Numbered from the stretch's first letter, positions 30,233 through 43,764 are shown. The stretch: 64,000 bases of DNA from Macrostomum lignano (GCA_002269645.1 NIVC01000052.1:434001-498000), one strand, 5' to 3'. Program-made: numbers and translations. Notes: generated by a model from the letters alone, not told the origin.

Positions 30233-30282
30233 TCCACTGAGCGGCACCTGCTATGAAGAAAGGGAGATAGGAATGACTTGAG

Positions 30283-30535
30283 GACAGGAGAGGAGAGGAG
30301 AGGAGAGGAGAGGAGAGGAGAGGAGAGGAGAGGAGAGGAGAGGAGAGGAGAGGAGAGGAGAGGAGAGGAGAGGAGAGGAGAGGAGAGGAGAGGAGAGGAG
30401 AGGAGAGGAGAGGAGAGGAGAGGAGAGGAGAGGAGAGGAGAGGAGAGGAGACGAGAGGAGAGGAGAGGAGAGGAGACGAGAGGAGAGGAGAGGAGAGGAG
30501 AGGAGAGGAGAGGGGAGAGGAGAGGGGGAGAGGAG
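30283..30535. repeat. (AGGAG)n pentanucleotide microsatellite
   Basis: About 50 units just upstream of the first GPCR coding exon. Confidence 0.97.
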
Positions 30536-30611
30536 AAGCGCCATCGCTGAACATGTGCTCAACGGTTTCCTTAGCAGACAGTAAAAGTTAGCCACACAAT
30601 CCGAAGCTCGG

Positions 30612-31185
30612 GAATCGGGAACTGCCATGGCTTACAATCGGGAACTGCCATGGTTTACAATCGGGAACTGCCATGGTTTACAATCGGGAACTGCCATGGT
30701 TTACAATCGGGAACTGCCATGATTTACAATCGGGAACTGCCATGGTTTACAATCGGGAACTGTCATGGCTTACAATCGGGAACTGCCATGGTTTACAATC
30801 GGGAACTGCCATGGTTTACAATCGGGAACTGCCATGGTTTACAATCGGGAACTGCCATGGTTTACAATCGGGAACTGCCATGGCTTACAATCGGGAACTG
30901 CCATGGTTTACAATCGGGAACTGCCATGATTTACAATCGGGAACTGCCATGGTTTACAATCGGGAACTGCCATGGTTTACAATCGGGAACTGCCATGGTT
31001 TACAATCGGGAACTGCCATGGTTTACAATCGGGAACTGCCATGATTTACAATCGGGGGAACTGCCGTGGTTTACAATCGGGAACTGCCATGGTTTACAAT
31101 TGGGAACTGCCATGGTTTACAATCGGGAACTGCCATGGTTTACAATCGGGAACTGCCATGGTTAACAACGGGAACTGCCATGGTT
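30612..31185. repeat. 23-bp minisatellite (TACAATCGGGAACTGCCATGGTT)n
   Basis: About 24 copies. Confidence 0.95.
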
Positions 31186-31727
31186 ACAACTTACAAGAAG
31201 ATTATAATGATTAGCAAAGCAAGCAGTGTATTGCCGCTTTCTTGTGCAAACAAAACTTTGTGTTTTACCTGTCTGCAAACGCGAAATGAAGGCTCTAAGA
31301 ATTAAGTTGATGAAGCTGCAGCCTCTATTGGATTTCCAGACGGAGCTCCGACTGAAGCAGCCAGAATTTTTTGCACCGAGTAAGGCGACTCAAAATTTTA
31401 CAGCTCTAGCGTGCCTTTCCAACCCCTTGAGCTGCGATTGGTCAGTGTTGAGCAATAGAAATTTTCAAATACATGAAATTTACAGCCTGAATTTTTTAAT
31501 AGACAGAATCCATTCTGTTCGGTTATTGATGGAAGTGGATTTGATTGAAATTGTTTAAACCCACCGAATAGGAATAGAGCTGGAGGCCCGGAGCAGGTGT
31601 CTGAGAGGTGTTAATCATATTTATTGCTTGAGAATCGCTATAAGAAGCGGAGTTATTGAAAAGGAAACAAGACACGTGTTGTCTCAGAATTTGTGCCTTC
31701 AGATGGGACATTTCAGAATTAGAATGA

Positions 31728-32927
<1,200 letters not shown>

Positions 32928-33644
32928 TAGTTAAGATTAAATTTGGTGCTAATGTTGCTGTTTTTTACAAAAAAATGAACAGCATTCAAATGTCATAAAA
33001 TAAAGTGTCATAATGACACTTAATAAAGAATTTAGAAGTCAATAACTTGCTTTCCTCGCTGGCTTGCAGAGCAATATTTGTATTTGCACGCTGGCATCAG
33101 TGAACCCGCTGCAGTGGGGCCAATTTGGGGGCACATCAATAGAGACAAAACAATAGGCAAAGACGCAGGGTTGATAATGATTCAGCATTCATTCATCCGG
33201 TCAAAGTCACCGCCTGTAGCCGATGAGCCAGTCCCGCGGGCTGTGATCTGCAAAATCATTTTTGGGAGTATTTTTGTCTTCTTTTCTACTTGAAGTAGAG
33301 TAGTGCGGGCAGACGATTTCAAATCTTATGCGACTTGACTTCACTTGTGGCTGCCCTCCACGGAGTCTCGAATCTAGAAACCGGAGTGGAAACTGCTTTC
33401 AAGCTTGCAAGATAATAAATTCATTTTTATGGAACTATGAGTTTCTGGAATAGGAAACGAAACTAATTAAAATGGGAATTAAAATACTTTAAATTTAACT
33501 TCATTGTTTAAGGTGATAGAATCCATTTATTAAATTTCCAATACAGAAAGCAGTTTGGGACTTCATACCCTTCATTGATAAGAGGCAAGCCAGTGATCAC
33601 GTGACGCGATAAAATGGGCCGAGTGGGAGCAGCGAAGGTTTGAC

Positions 33645-35090
33645 ACTTTTTTCCAGGACAAGAAAAACTTTATTAATATACAATAATACAATAAATACAA
33701 TGGCCACCGGCCACAAGTGGTCAGGAAAGGGGGGGACATTGTCAAAAAGCACGCTTAGCTGCGCAGTCTCTGATGAAGGTAGCGCCATTGATCTGATCAG
33801 GCGCCCTGGCGTCTTCTGTCAGACAGTCGACGAACCTCCGGGTCCGCGCCTGCCCCCGCCGGAACGGGCCCTGCTGCGTGTACAGCAAGACCTCCTGCAG
33901 CGGCTCCGGGCAGTAGGACTCGGCGCGAATGACGTGGCCCGCCAGCTTCAGGCGGCGCTGTCGCAGGGTCACGCTGGGAGGGCTCAGCTTGGCCCGCTGG
34001 TAGAGAGCCTGGTTGGTGACGTGTTCGGCGTGACGGTGCACGCTGAAGGCAGCGCGCAGCAGGCTGGAGTGCGCCGCGTCCAGCTGGCGCTCCAGCACAT
34101 CCGTCATGGTCCAGGTCTCGGCGTTGTAGAAGAGCACCGTTTCCACCACCGCCTGGAACAGTCTGGTTCTCAGCTGGTCTGGCAGGGCGTCGCTTTGGAG
34201 CACGATGCGCACTGAGCGGAAAGCCGCCCACGCAAGCCCTCTGCGACGCCGCAGGTCCTCCTGGACGCTGGGCACGAGACCACCAAGGTACCGGAACTGC
34301 TCACATCGGGGGAGCGGTGCTGCCGTTGCGCTGTCCATGCTGGGAAGGCGGATGACCGCTGGCAGATCGGCTGGCACAGTCAGGACCTCCGTCTTCTTGG
34401 CGTTGATCTTAAGGCCAACCTTCGCAGCGGCAGCAGCTAGGCCGTCGAGGAGGCGTTGAGCACCAGCAGCAGTGGATGCCAGCAGGGCGAGGTCATCAGC
34501 ATATCCGAGGACTGCCAGCCGCTTCTCCGGGTGCCGGCTGCTCGTTCGCCTGCATAGGATGTAGCCGTCCGAGTTGTCCGGTAGTCCTGTCCGCAGCACC
34601 CAGTCCAAGATGAGGATGAACAGGAAGGGAGCGAGGGTGTCTCCTTGCAGGACTCCGGATGAGGTGGTGAAGAAGTCGGAAAGGCCGTCAGGTGTGATCA
34701 CAGCAGCGTGCGTGTCGTGGTAGAGCGCCATCACTGCTGCAATCAGTTTCTCTGGCACGTTGTAGGCTCGGAGAACTAGTGGAATCACGCCTCGAGCCAC
34801 CGAGTCGAAAGCCTTCAGGAAGTCGATGAACAGACAGAAAAGGTCCGACTGGCGAATGCGCGATTCCTCGATAATTCTCCGGAGCGCCAGAATTTGCGTG
34901 ACTGTACCACGTCGTGGCCGGAACCCATTCTGCTCGTACCGCAGGTAAGGGTCCAGCACTGGCTGCAAGCGCGACAGTAGCAGCTTGTTGTGCAGCTTGG
35001 CGGCACAGGACATCAGGGAGATGCCCCGATGTTCTTCAATCTTGTTGGTGCCCGGCTTCTTGGGGATTCCGACGATATGTGCCTTCTCAG
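33645..35090 (-). mobile_element. 5'-truncated non-LTR retrotransposon (RTE-like LINE) with uninterrupted reverse transcriptase frame
   Basis: Open frame from about 35085 to the stop at 33742: IVGIPKK, HRGISLMS, QNGFRPRRGT, FIDFLKAFDSV, GVLQGDTLAPFLF, GYADD, FRYLG. Short 3' UTR with AATAAA (33669-33674) and an A6 tail (about 33647-33652). No endonuclease region and no clear TSD. Confidence 0.92.
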
Positions 35091-35439
35091 AATTAAATTT
35101 GCAAGGAAGCCAGACGGAGCGTTACAAGTTACCGACTACACTGTTTAAATATACAATTGCAGATTTACTTCGTCCTTGAAGTAATTGTTTTAATGCGTCA
35201 AATGTAACTCTTAATTTTCAAACCGTAATACTACGAATTCACATGCGCATCAACGACACTATTCATTTCGCTCATTTTCTGATTTTTAATAATTAACTAT
35301 ATCCATACCTTTGTAATTTTGCTGATAGAAATCTTGAAACCATTCGGGCTAACCTTGCCGAAAAATACTGAATGGCCCCCTTGTTTGGTTCAGTCTTTTA
35401 TGATGTAAAATTTCGGTCTTGTGAAAGCAACCCCTCCCA

Positions 35440-35656
35440 GTCTGCCCCACCCCTCCCAGTCTGCCCCACCCCTCCCAGTCTGCCCCACCCCTCCCGTCTG
35501 CCCCACCCCTCCCGTCTGCCCCACCCCTCTCAGTCTGCCCCACCCCTCTCAGTCTGCCCCACCCCTCCCAGTCTGCCCCACCCCTCCCAGTCTGCCCCAC
35601 CCCTCCCAGTCTGCCCCACTCCCCCCAGTCTGCCCCACCCCTCCCAGTCTGCCCCA
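35440..35656. repeat. 19-bp minisatellite (CCCCTCCCAGTCTGCCCCA)n
   Basis: About 11 copies. Confidence 0.92.
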
Positions 35657-35727
35657 ATCCGCTAGTTTTCCAAAACGTGCCCACATAGATCACGCCACCT
35701 CGCAACTCAGCCTGCCGTACGTTTGCA

Positions 35728-36450
35728 AAACACTAACCGTAGCCATTAAACACTAACCCGAGCCATTAAACACTAACCCGAGCCATTAAACACTAACCGT
35801 AGCCATTAAACACTAACCATAGCCATTAAACACTAACCCTAACCATTAAACACTAACCCTAGCCAGTAAACACTAACTGGAACCAGTGAACACTAATCCT
35901 AAGCCATTAAACACTAACCATAGCCATTAAACACTAACCCTAACCATTAAACACTAACCCTAGCCAGTAAACACTAACTGGAACCAGTGAACACTAAGCC
36001 TAAGCCATTCAACACTAACCATAGCCATTAAACACTAACCCGAGCCATTAAACACTAACCCGAGCCATTAAACACTAACCGTAGCCATTAAACACTAACC
36101 ATAGCCATTAAACACTAACCGTAGCCATTAAACACTAACCATAGCCATTAAACACTAACCCGAGCCATTAAACACTAACCGTAGCCATTAAACACTAACC
36201 ATAGCCATTAAACACTAACCCTAACCATTAAACACTAACCGTAGCCATTAAACACTAACCGTAGCCATTAAACACTAACCATAGCCATTAAACACTAACC
36301 CGAGCCATTAAACACTAACCGTAGCCATTAAACACTAACCCGAGCCATTAAACACTAACCCGAGCCATTAAACACTAACCATAGCCATTAAACACTAACC
36401 CTAACCATTAAACACTAACCCGAGCCATTAAACACTAACCATAGCCATTA
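35728..36450. repeat. 20-bp minisatellite (AAACACTAACCGTAGCCATT)n
   Basis: About 36 copies; some variants contain CTAACCCTAACC. Confidence 0.95.
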
Positions 36451-36874
36451 AAAAATAGCTCTAATTCTATCTCTGCCAAGCGCAAAACCCACCCTTTAAT
36501 CATAGCTGAGAACTGAGACTTGACCATAATCATATCGGAGTTTTCACTGCTAGCCCAGAATGGTCATTAGCCTTCGCTTAATGAGTCCGCAAACACTTTG
36601 AATTCTCGGAGGTGTTTTCTGAGGCATTGGCTTGAGCAGAAAGAAGAGACCTTGCTTTTGCCTCGCGATGCTCTTATCAGGGGGGGAGGGAGCAACACGT
36701 CGAAGAAACGTTGGGCTTACTCAGAAAAGCAGACAGATAAGAGCGAAAAGTCAGAGATAAGGCCCAGGTACAAATACCTGGAGACCAGCGCAGCCGCTCT
36801 CTCACTGCCAACTCTCCTTCAGCCCAACCTACTCATCCAGCTCATCCCCAGCTAACAGAAAGCAACTCGCAGCG

Positions 36875-37489
36875 ATGGCCCAATGCAAGCCGAAGGTCTG
36901 CTACTTCAATGCCCGCGGTCGGGCAGAGCTGATCCGCCTCGCCCTGACGGCCGGCGGCGTCGAGTTCGATGACGTCCGGTTCACCCGCGAGGAGTGGCCG
37001 GAGAAGAAGAAGATCGCGCCAACCGGCGTGGCGCCCTGGGTGGAGACGCCCAATGGGAAGCTGGTGCAGAGCGGCGCCATTGCGCGCTTCATCGCCAAGA
37101 AGCACGGCCTGTACGGCGAGGGCGACTGGGAGTTCTACCTGGTGGAGCGGGCGCTCGCACAGATCGAAGACGTCGCCACCGAGCTGATGAAGATGTACTT
37201 CGCCCCAGAGGACAAGAAGGCCGAGCTGGTCAAGCAGTTCCAGACCGAGAAGGGGCCCAAGCTGATCGAAGGCCTGCTGAAGTTCATCGAGGACGGCGGC
37301 AGCGGCTTCTTCGCCGGCAAGTCGGTGACCTTGGCTGACCTCGCCAGCGTGAACATGGTGGACCAGCTGGCTCTCGTGCCGGAGCTGCTGGCCAAGTTCC
37401 CGCAGCTCGAGGCCCACAAGAAGCGCGTACTGGAGGCCAAGCCGAAGGTGGCCGAGTGGATCAAGAACCGGCCGCAGACCCCCGTCTGA
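36875..37489 (+). CDS. Cytosolic glutathione S-transferase, sigma-like class, intronless, 204 aa
   Basis: N-terminal YFNARGRAELIRL with catalytic Tyr, EEW, PWVE, QSGAIARF and C-terminal hydrophobic staple/N-cap (VTLADL); ends KNRPQTPV. AATAAA at about 37557. Confidence 0.95.
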   Translation: MAQCKPKVCYFNARGRAELIRLALTAGGVEFDDVRFTREEWPEKKKIAPTGVAPWVETPNGKLVQSGAIARFIAKKHGLYGEGDWEFYLVERALAQIEDVATELMKMYFAPEDKKAELVKQFQTEKGPKLIEGLLKFIEDGGSGFFAGKSVTLADLASVNMVDQLALVPELLAKFPQLEAHKKRVLEAKPKVAEWIKNRPQTPV

Positions 37490-37740
37490 GCAGCGGCTTC
37501 CAAGTCTCTGACCTTAAATGACCCATTGACAGTCAAGCGAAATTACGCTCGTATGCAAATAAACCTATTTAGAACGCTTTAACCACAGTAGCAACTATTT
37601 AATTTTATGCCGGCAATTATTACAGAGCGATTTTATTGTTTTTCATATTCATTACATATACGAGCCATTTCTATTCAGAGTTTATAATAAGCAAGTCAAT
37701 CATGAAATACAACGATGCATAGTAGGGTGCACTTATAGAA

Positions 37741-37975
37741 AATGGACTGCTAGTCTAGCCAACCTGGGTGCAGGAATATACAATGGATTGCTAGACTAGC
37801 CAACCTGGGTGCAGGAATATACAATGGATTGCTAGTCTAGCCAACCTGGGTGCAGGAATAGAAATGGATTGCTAGACTAGCCAGCCTGGGTGCAGGAATA
37901 GAAATGGATTGCTAGACTAGCCAAGCTGGGTGCAGGAATATACAATGGATTGCTAGACTAGCCAACCTGGGTGCA
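37741..37975. repeat. 41-bp minisatellite (AATGGATTGCTAGACTAGCCAACCTGGGTGCAGGAATATAC)n
   Basis: About 6 copies between GST and the secreted-peptide ORF. Confidence 0.92.
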
Positions 37976-38001
37976 GCAGCGGAGCGCTTACCATCGTGGA
38001 T

Positions 38002-38274
38002 TCACTTCCTGCGCAGCCGCTCAGCCCTGAACAGCAGGTCGAACAGCCGCTGCGTCTCAGCTTCATCATCGTCGGAGGCTGAGGAGGAGCTCGCGCTGCC
38101 GCCTCCCATGGTCTCGAGGATGCCGACATCTCGCCACTGCCGACGCTGGCGAGCCTCCAGCAGCGCCGCCCGAACGGACGCCGTCAACGGGCCGGCGTCA
38201 GCCAGAGAAACGGACACCAGCAGCAGCAGCAGCAGCAGCAGCGGCGGAAGGAGCGACAGCGCTTTCCTGACCAT
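38002..38274 (-). CDS. Small secreted prepropeptide (neuropeptide/hormone precursor-like), 90 aa, no recognised family
   Basis: Leu-rich signal peptide ending LADA/GP, RQRR convertase site followed by Gln, acidic stretch, C-terminal RLRRK. GC-rich like the other exons; upstream acceptor at 38299-38300 and GTAAG donor at 37991. Confidence 0.6.
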   Translation of the reverse strand: MVRKALSLLPPLLLLLLLLVSVSLADAGPLTASVRAALLEARQRRQWRDVGILETMGGGSASSSSASDDDEAETQRLFDLLFRAERLRRK

Positions 38275-39074
38275 CGGGTTGCTCGTGTGAGTTCCGCTCT
38301 GTTTGTACAGAAAGTTGCCGTCTGCGCCGCCTCAAGCTGCGCCCCCGCCTGGCTGTGGCTTTATCGGGATCAGCACTTGCTGGGGATCGAGTCATTGGGT
38401 TTGCATGGGATCGCTTGATTGGCTGAGGAGACTGCGACTTTACAAGTAGCAGCTTGAGTACTGCTGCTTTGCCTGTGCATATCCTGGATGGTCTTATAAT
38501 GTTTTTATAAAAAAATCAATAATAAAACCTCCCCTAATTGAAATACAACAACCGATCCCTTTCTCTATCTCTATCCCTATCTCTATCTGTATCCATATCC
38601 CTATCTCTATCCCTATCCCATCCATATCCTTATTATTATTCTTCGTCCTAACCCCAGCCTCAGCCCTAGCCCAGCTTCTCCCTAGCAACGGTGGCCCGGG
38701 GCCCAAGGGTGACTGAACGCGAGCAGGCAGCTCTCAAATTCGCATTAACACCGTGCAGTCCCCGGTCTCCAGGCAGGATATGACAGCAAGCATATGCAAA
38801 GCCGAGAAAGGCGAGAATTGCAGTATGGCCGGCCATTTTTTCGGTCTATTCCCCGCGGAGGGCACGCGTAATTCCCTCCTGCTTACCATTGCCATTCGGA
38901 ACATGAAAGGGTTGCAAAAATTTTAAAGGCTTCGTTCGCAAAATCAGATTAATATAGTTTGTACCAGAAATGCATTCACAAAGGCGATTCTAACGTAATT
39001 ATTTTTAGCCAAGCAGTCGCGTTCATTCCACCAAGCGCTCAGCATGCACTCAGACAGGGTCTACAGTGGCCGTG

Positions 39075-42063
39075 ACTTTCTACAGCTACAGCAGGACTCT
39101 GGCAGGAGGGCAGCTACAGCGGGACTCTGGCAGGAGATCAGCTACAGCGGGACTCTGGTGGCAGGAGATCAGCTACAGCGGGACTCTGGTGGCAGGAGAT
39201 CAGCTACAGCGGGACTCTGGTGGCAGGAGATCAGCTACAGCGGGACTCTGGTAGGATATCAGCTACAGCGGGACTCTGGCAGGAGATCAGCTACAGCGGG
39301 ACTCTGGCAGGAGATCAGCTACAGCGGGACTCTGGCAGGAGGGCAGCTACAGTGGGACTCTGGCAGGAGATCAGCTACAGCGGGACTCTGGCAGGAGATC
39401 AGCTACAGCGGGACTCTGGTGGCAGGAGATCAGCTACAGCAGGACTCTGATGGCAGGAGATCAGCTACAGTGGGACTCTGGCAGGAGATCAGCTACAGCG
39501 GGACTCTGGTGGCAGGAGATCAGCTACAGCGGGACTCTGATGGCAGGAGATCAGCTACAGCGGGACTCTGACAGGTTAGCTACAGCGGGACTCTGGCAGG
39601 AGTTCAGCTACAGCGGGACTCTGGCAGGAGTTCAGCTACAGCGGGACTCTGGCAGGAGTTCAGCTACAGCGGGACTCTGGTGGCAGGAGATCAGCTACAG
39701 CGGGACTCTGATGGCAGGAGATCAGCTACAGTGGGACTCTGGCAGGAGATCAGCTACAGCGGGACTCTGACAGGTTAGCTACAGCGGGACTCTGGCAGGA
39801 GTTCAGCTACAGCGGGACTCTGGCAGGAGTTCAGCTACAGCGGGACTCTGGTGGCAGGAGATCAGCTACAGCGGGACTCTGATGGCAGGAGATCAGCTAC
39901 AGTGGGACTCTGGCAGGAGATCAGCTACAGCGGGACTCTGACAGGTTAGCTACAGCGGGACTCTGGCAGGAGTTCAGCTACAGCGGGACTCTGGCGGCAG
40001 GAGATCAGCTACAGCGGGACTCTGGCAGGAGTTCAGCTACAGCGGGACTCCGGCAGGAGATCAGCTACCGCGGACTCTGACAGGTTAGCTACAGCGGGAC
40101 TCTGGCAGGAGATCAGCTACAGCGGGACTCTGGTGGCAGGAGATCAGCTACAGCGGGACTCTGGCAGGAGATCAGCAACAGCGGGACTCTGGTAGGATAT
40201 CAGCTACAGCGGGACTCTGGCAGGAGATCAGCTACAGCGGGACTCTGGCAGGAGATCAGCTACAGCGGGAATCTGGCATGAGGGCAGCTACAGTGGGACT
40301 CTGGCAGGAGATCAGCTACAGCGGGACTCTGGTGGCAGGAGATCAGCTACAGCGGGACTCTGATGGCAGGAGATCAGCTACAGTGGGACTCTGGCAGGAG
40401 ATCAGCTACAGCGGGACTCTGGTGGCAGGAGATCAGCTACAGCGGGACTCTGATGGCAGGAGATCAGCTACAGTGGGACTCTGGCAGGAGATCAGCTACA
40501 GCGGGACTCTGACAGGTTAGCTACAGCGGGACTCTGGCAGGAGTTCAGCTACAGCGGGACTCTGGCGGCAGGAGATCAGCTACAGCGGGACTCTGGCAGG
40601 AGATCAGCTACAGCGGGATTCTGGCAGGAGATCAGCTACAGCGGGACTCTGGCAGGAGGGCAGCTACAGTGGGACTCTGGTGGCAGGAGATCAGCTACAG
40701 CGGGACTCTGGCAGGAGATCAGCTACAGCGGGATTCTGGCAGGAGATCAGCTACAGCGGGACTCTGGCAGGAGGGCAGCTACAGTGGGACTCTGGCGGCA
40801 GGAGATCAGCTACAGCGGGACTCTGGTGGCAGGAGATCAGCTACAGCGGGACTCTGATGGCAGGAGATCAGCTACAGCGGGACTCTGGTGGCAGGAGATC
40901 AGCTACAGCGGGACTCTGATGGCAGGAGATCAGCTACAGTGGGACTCTGGCAGGAGATCAGCTACAGCGGGACTCTGGTGGCAGGAGATCAGCTACAGCG
41001 GGACTCTGATGGCAGGAGATCAGCTACAGTGGGACTCTGGCAGGAGATCAGCTACAGCGGGACTCTGATGGCAGGAGATCAGCTACAGCGGGACTCTGGC
41101 AGGAGATCAGCTACAGCGGGACTCTGGCAGCAGATCAGCTACAGCGGGACTCTGGCAGGAGATCAGCTACAGCGGGACTCTGGCAGCAGATTAGCTACAG
41201 CGGGACTGTGGCAGGAGATCAGCTACAGCGGGACTCTGGCAGGAGATCAGCTACAGCGGGATTCTGGCAGGAGATCAGCTACAGCGGGACTCTGGCAGGA
41301 GATCAGCTACAGCGGGACTCTGGCAGGAGATCAGCTACAGCGGGACTCTGGCAGCAGATCAGCTACAGCGGGACTCTGGCAGGAGATCAGCTACAGCGGG
41401 ACTCTGGCAGCAGATCAGCTACAGCGGGACTGTGGCAGGAGATCAGCTACAGCGGGACTCTGGTGGCAGGAGATCAGCTACAGCGGGACTCTGGCAGGAG
41501 ATCAGCTACAGCGGGACTCTGGCAGGAGGGCAGCTACAGCGGGACTCTGGCAAGAGATCAGCTACAGCGGGACTCTGGCAGGAGATCAGCTACAGCGGGA
41601 CTCTGGCAGGAGATCAGCTACAGCGGGACTCTGGCAACAGGTCAGCTACAGCGGGACTCTGGCAGGAGATCAGCTACAGCGGGACTCTGGCAACAGGTCA
41701 GCTACAGCGGGACTCTGGCAGGAGATCAGCTACAGCGGGATTCTGGCAGGAGATCAGCTACAGCGGGACTCTGGCAAGAGGTCAGCTACAGCGGGACTCT
41801 GGCAGGAGATCAGCTACAGCGGGATTCTGGCAGGAGATCAGCTACAGTGGGACTCTGGCGGCAGGAGATCAGCTACAGCGGGACTCTGGTGGCAGGAGAT
41901 CAGCTACAGCGGGATTCTGGCAGGAGATCAGCTACAGCGGGACTCTGGCAGGAGATCAGCTACAGCGGGATTCTGGCAGGAGATCAGCTACAGCGGGATT
42001 CTGGCAGGAGATCAGCTACAGCGGGATTCTGGCAGGAGATCAGCTACAGCGGGACTCTGGCAG
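39075..42063. repeat. 28/31-bp minisatellite (GGCAGGAGATCAGCTACAGCGGGACTCT[GGT])n
   Basis: About 100 copies over 3 kb. Confidence 0.97.
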
Positions 42064-43425
42064 GAAATCAGAAATAGTAGTCACTACTTTTTCTGCACTC
42101 GAAATGGCATCAGTGAATGCGATATTGATTCTTATTCATAATAGACCTATACGCAAGAAACCTTTTTTAAAGTACTTTTTCACCTCGTCTCAGATTTTCT
42201 GCAGGCAGCCGAAAACATTCCGTGACATTCCGTTTTCACGGGGAACTGCAGATTAATGACGCACCAAGTTTATATTTTTATATGATTGCGTGACAGTCGC
42301 CTTGGATACAACTTTAGCAATATGTGGTGCAGACAGAATGAAGGAAATGTGTTTCAGATTCCCTGCTTGCTGGGTCGGTGCTGTGTGTTATTTGTCTGTT
42401 CTGTTTCGGTGCTTGATTTCAATGTGTTACTTCTCATTCAGAAGAACAATTAAGCTCTGCTTTGACCGATCCAGCAAGTCGCTTGTTGTGAAGTAGAAAA
42501 TTTGGGCAAAGACAGACGGAGTTCATCGGTGGGGGGTTGGCCAGTTCACAGCCCAGAAAAAAGGAAATGTACAAGCCGATAGATCTCAGCTATAGTACTC
42601 TGAAAAGTAAATAAATTTGAAGAGAAAAGTAATAGCAATACAGAGATCTAAAGAAAAATAGTCAAATTATTTGAGAGAAAAATGATAGAGAAAGAATTCA
42701 GTTATGTTTTCAGTTCAAGTTTGAATTTATGCGAGCAAAGCAAATTGTTCTTTTCAGCTTGTTTAAAACGTGTTTGGCGCAAATTCGAATCGTTCAATGG
42801 TCCGGCGGATCCCGTCGCGTAGCTCGGGCGACTCCCAGTGCGCGCTGCCGTCGAAGGCGGTCAGTTTGTTCAGCACAGAATGGAGGCGCAGAATTCTGGT
42901 CAGAGCTGCGGGAGTGGCAGTGGGGCAATGTTGAATCTGCTCAACTAAGCCTATGGAGCCTGATGACTCAGGCTTTCCTCTCTTTCAGACTTTAAGCTTC
43001 GGGGCGTGCCAGATCAGAGGGATAGAGCTTGGGCTGCTGGGTAACGTACATTCGTTCCTGTACATTCTAGCCGACGGGCGGAGTGAGGTGGCTGTCTGGG
43101 GGGAGGGTTGCGGAGAGGCAAGGCGTGAGGCGGGCGTCAGAGCGCGTGATGTACACTGCGCGAATGTACATTCAGACAGTCCAATATGATCGTATATTAT
43201 ACACTTGCTAATATCTGTAAAATTATCATGAAAAAGAAAATTAAAATCGTAAAATCTTTGGAACGTCCTCTTGATTGTTTTCTTTAACAAGCAACTCTAA
43301 TTCCCCTCCCCCCGAATACAAAGCCAGATTCCAATCAGGCAGCTGAAGAAAGTAATTCTTTTGTCTGAAAATTTCATTTTGCCAGAGAGGATCAGGAAGT
43401 CCCGCCACACTGCTTGACCAGGCGG

Positions 43426-43484
43426 TCAGCGAGAGATGATCAGGGAGGGAAAGAAGTCAAACGAGCAGATTGAGGCGGAGCTCT
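43426..43484 (-). CDS. Candidate terminal exon of the nuclear receptor (helix 11/12-like ESSASICSFDFFPSLIISR*)
   Basis: AG at 43485-43486 is phase-compatible with the exon ending at 46294; FFPSLI resembles the FPPL motif preceding AF-2. Polypyrimidine tract is weak, and an alternative AG 4 nt away gives another frame. Confidence 0.3.
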
Positions 43485-43764
43485 CTGCCTGATTAAGCGC
43501 GTGCTTGAATTTCTAATTACGATTATCCCCTCCCCGAGGGTGTAATTTCCGAATTCGCGCATAGCCATGAAAGGAAGGTGAGGGCGCTAGAGCCTCTCAG
43601 CATTAGTATGGGCATATGTGCACATATGTTGATGAGATTTGGGTTTAAGAACAGCTTTTATTCTTGAGTCTTAATAACAGATAAAATCGAGTTTTCTAGC
43701 TACTAAAAGCAATGCTAAGATAGCTCGTATAACTTAAAAGAGTAAAAAAAAACAAGTACGTTAA

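Noticed and set aside
36875-37489. Intronless GST (and DNPH1) as retrocopies or horizontal transfers
   Set aside because: No poly(A) remnant or TSD; codon usage matches the neighbouring spliced genes, and GST has an acceptor-like site just upstream (36857-36858).
39075-42063. CRISPR-like regular 28-31-bp repeats (also 5232-6705, 43765-46293, 61226-62830)
   Set aside because: Units are head-to-tail with no unique spacers, there are no cas genes, and the context is eukaryotic with spliceosomal introns.
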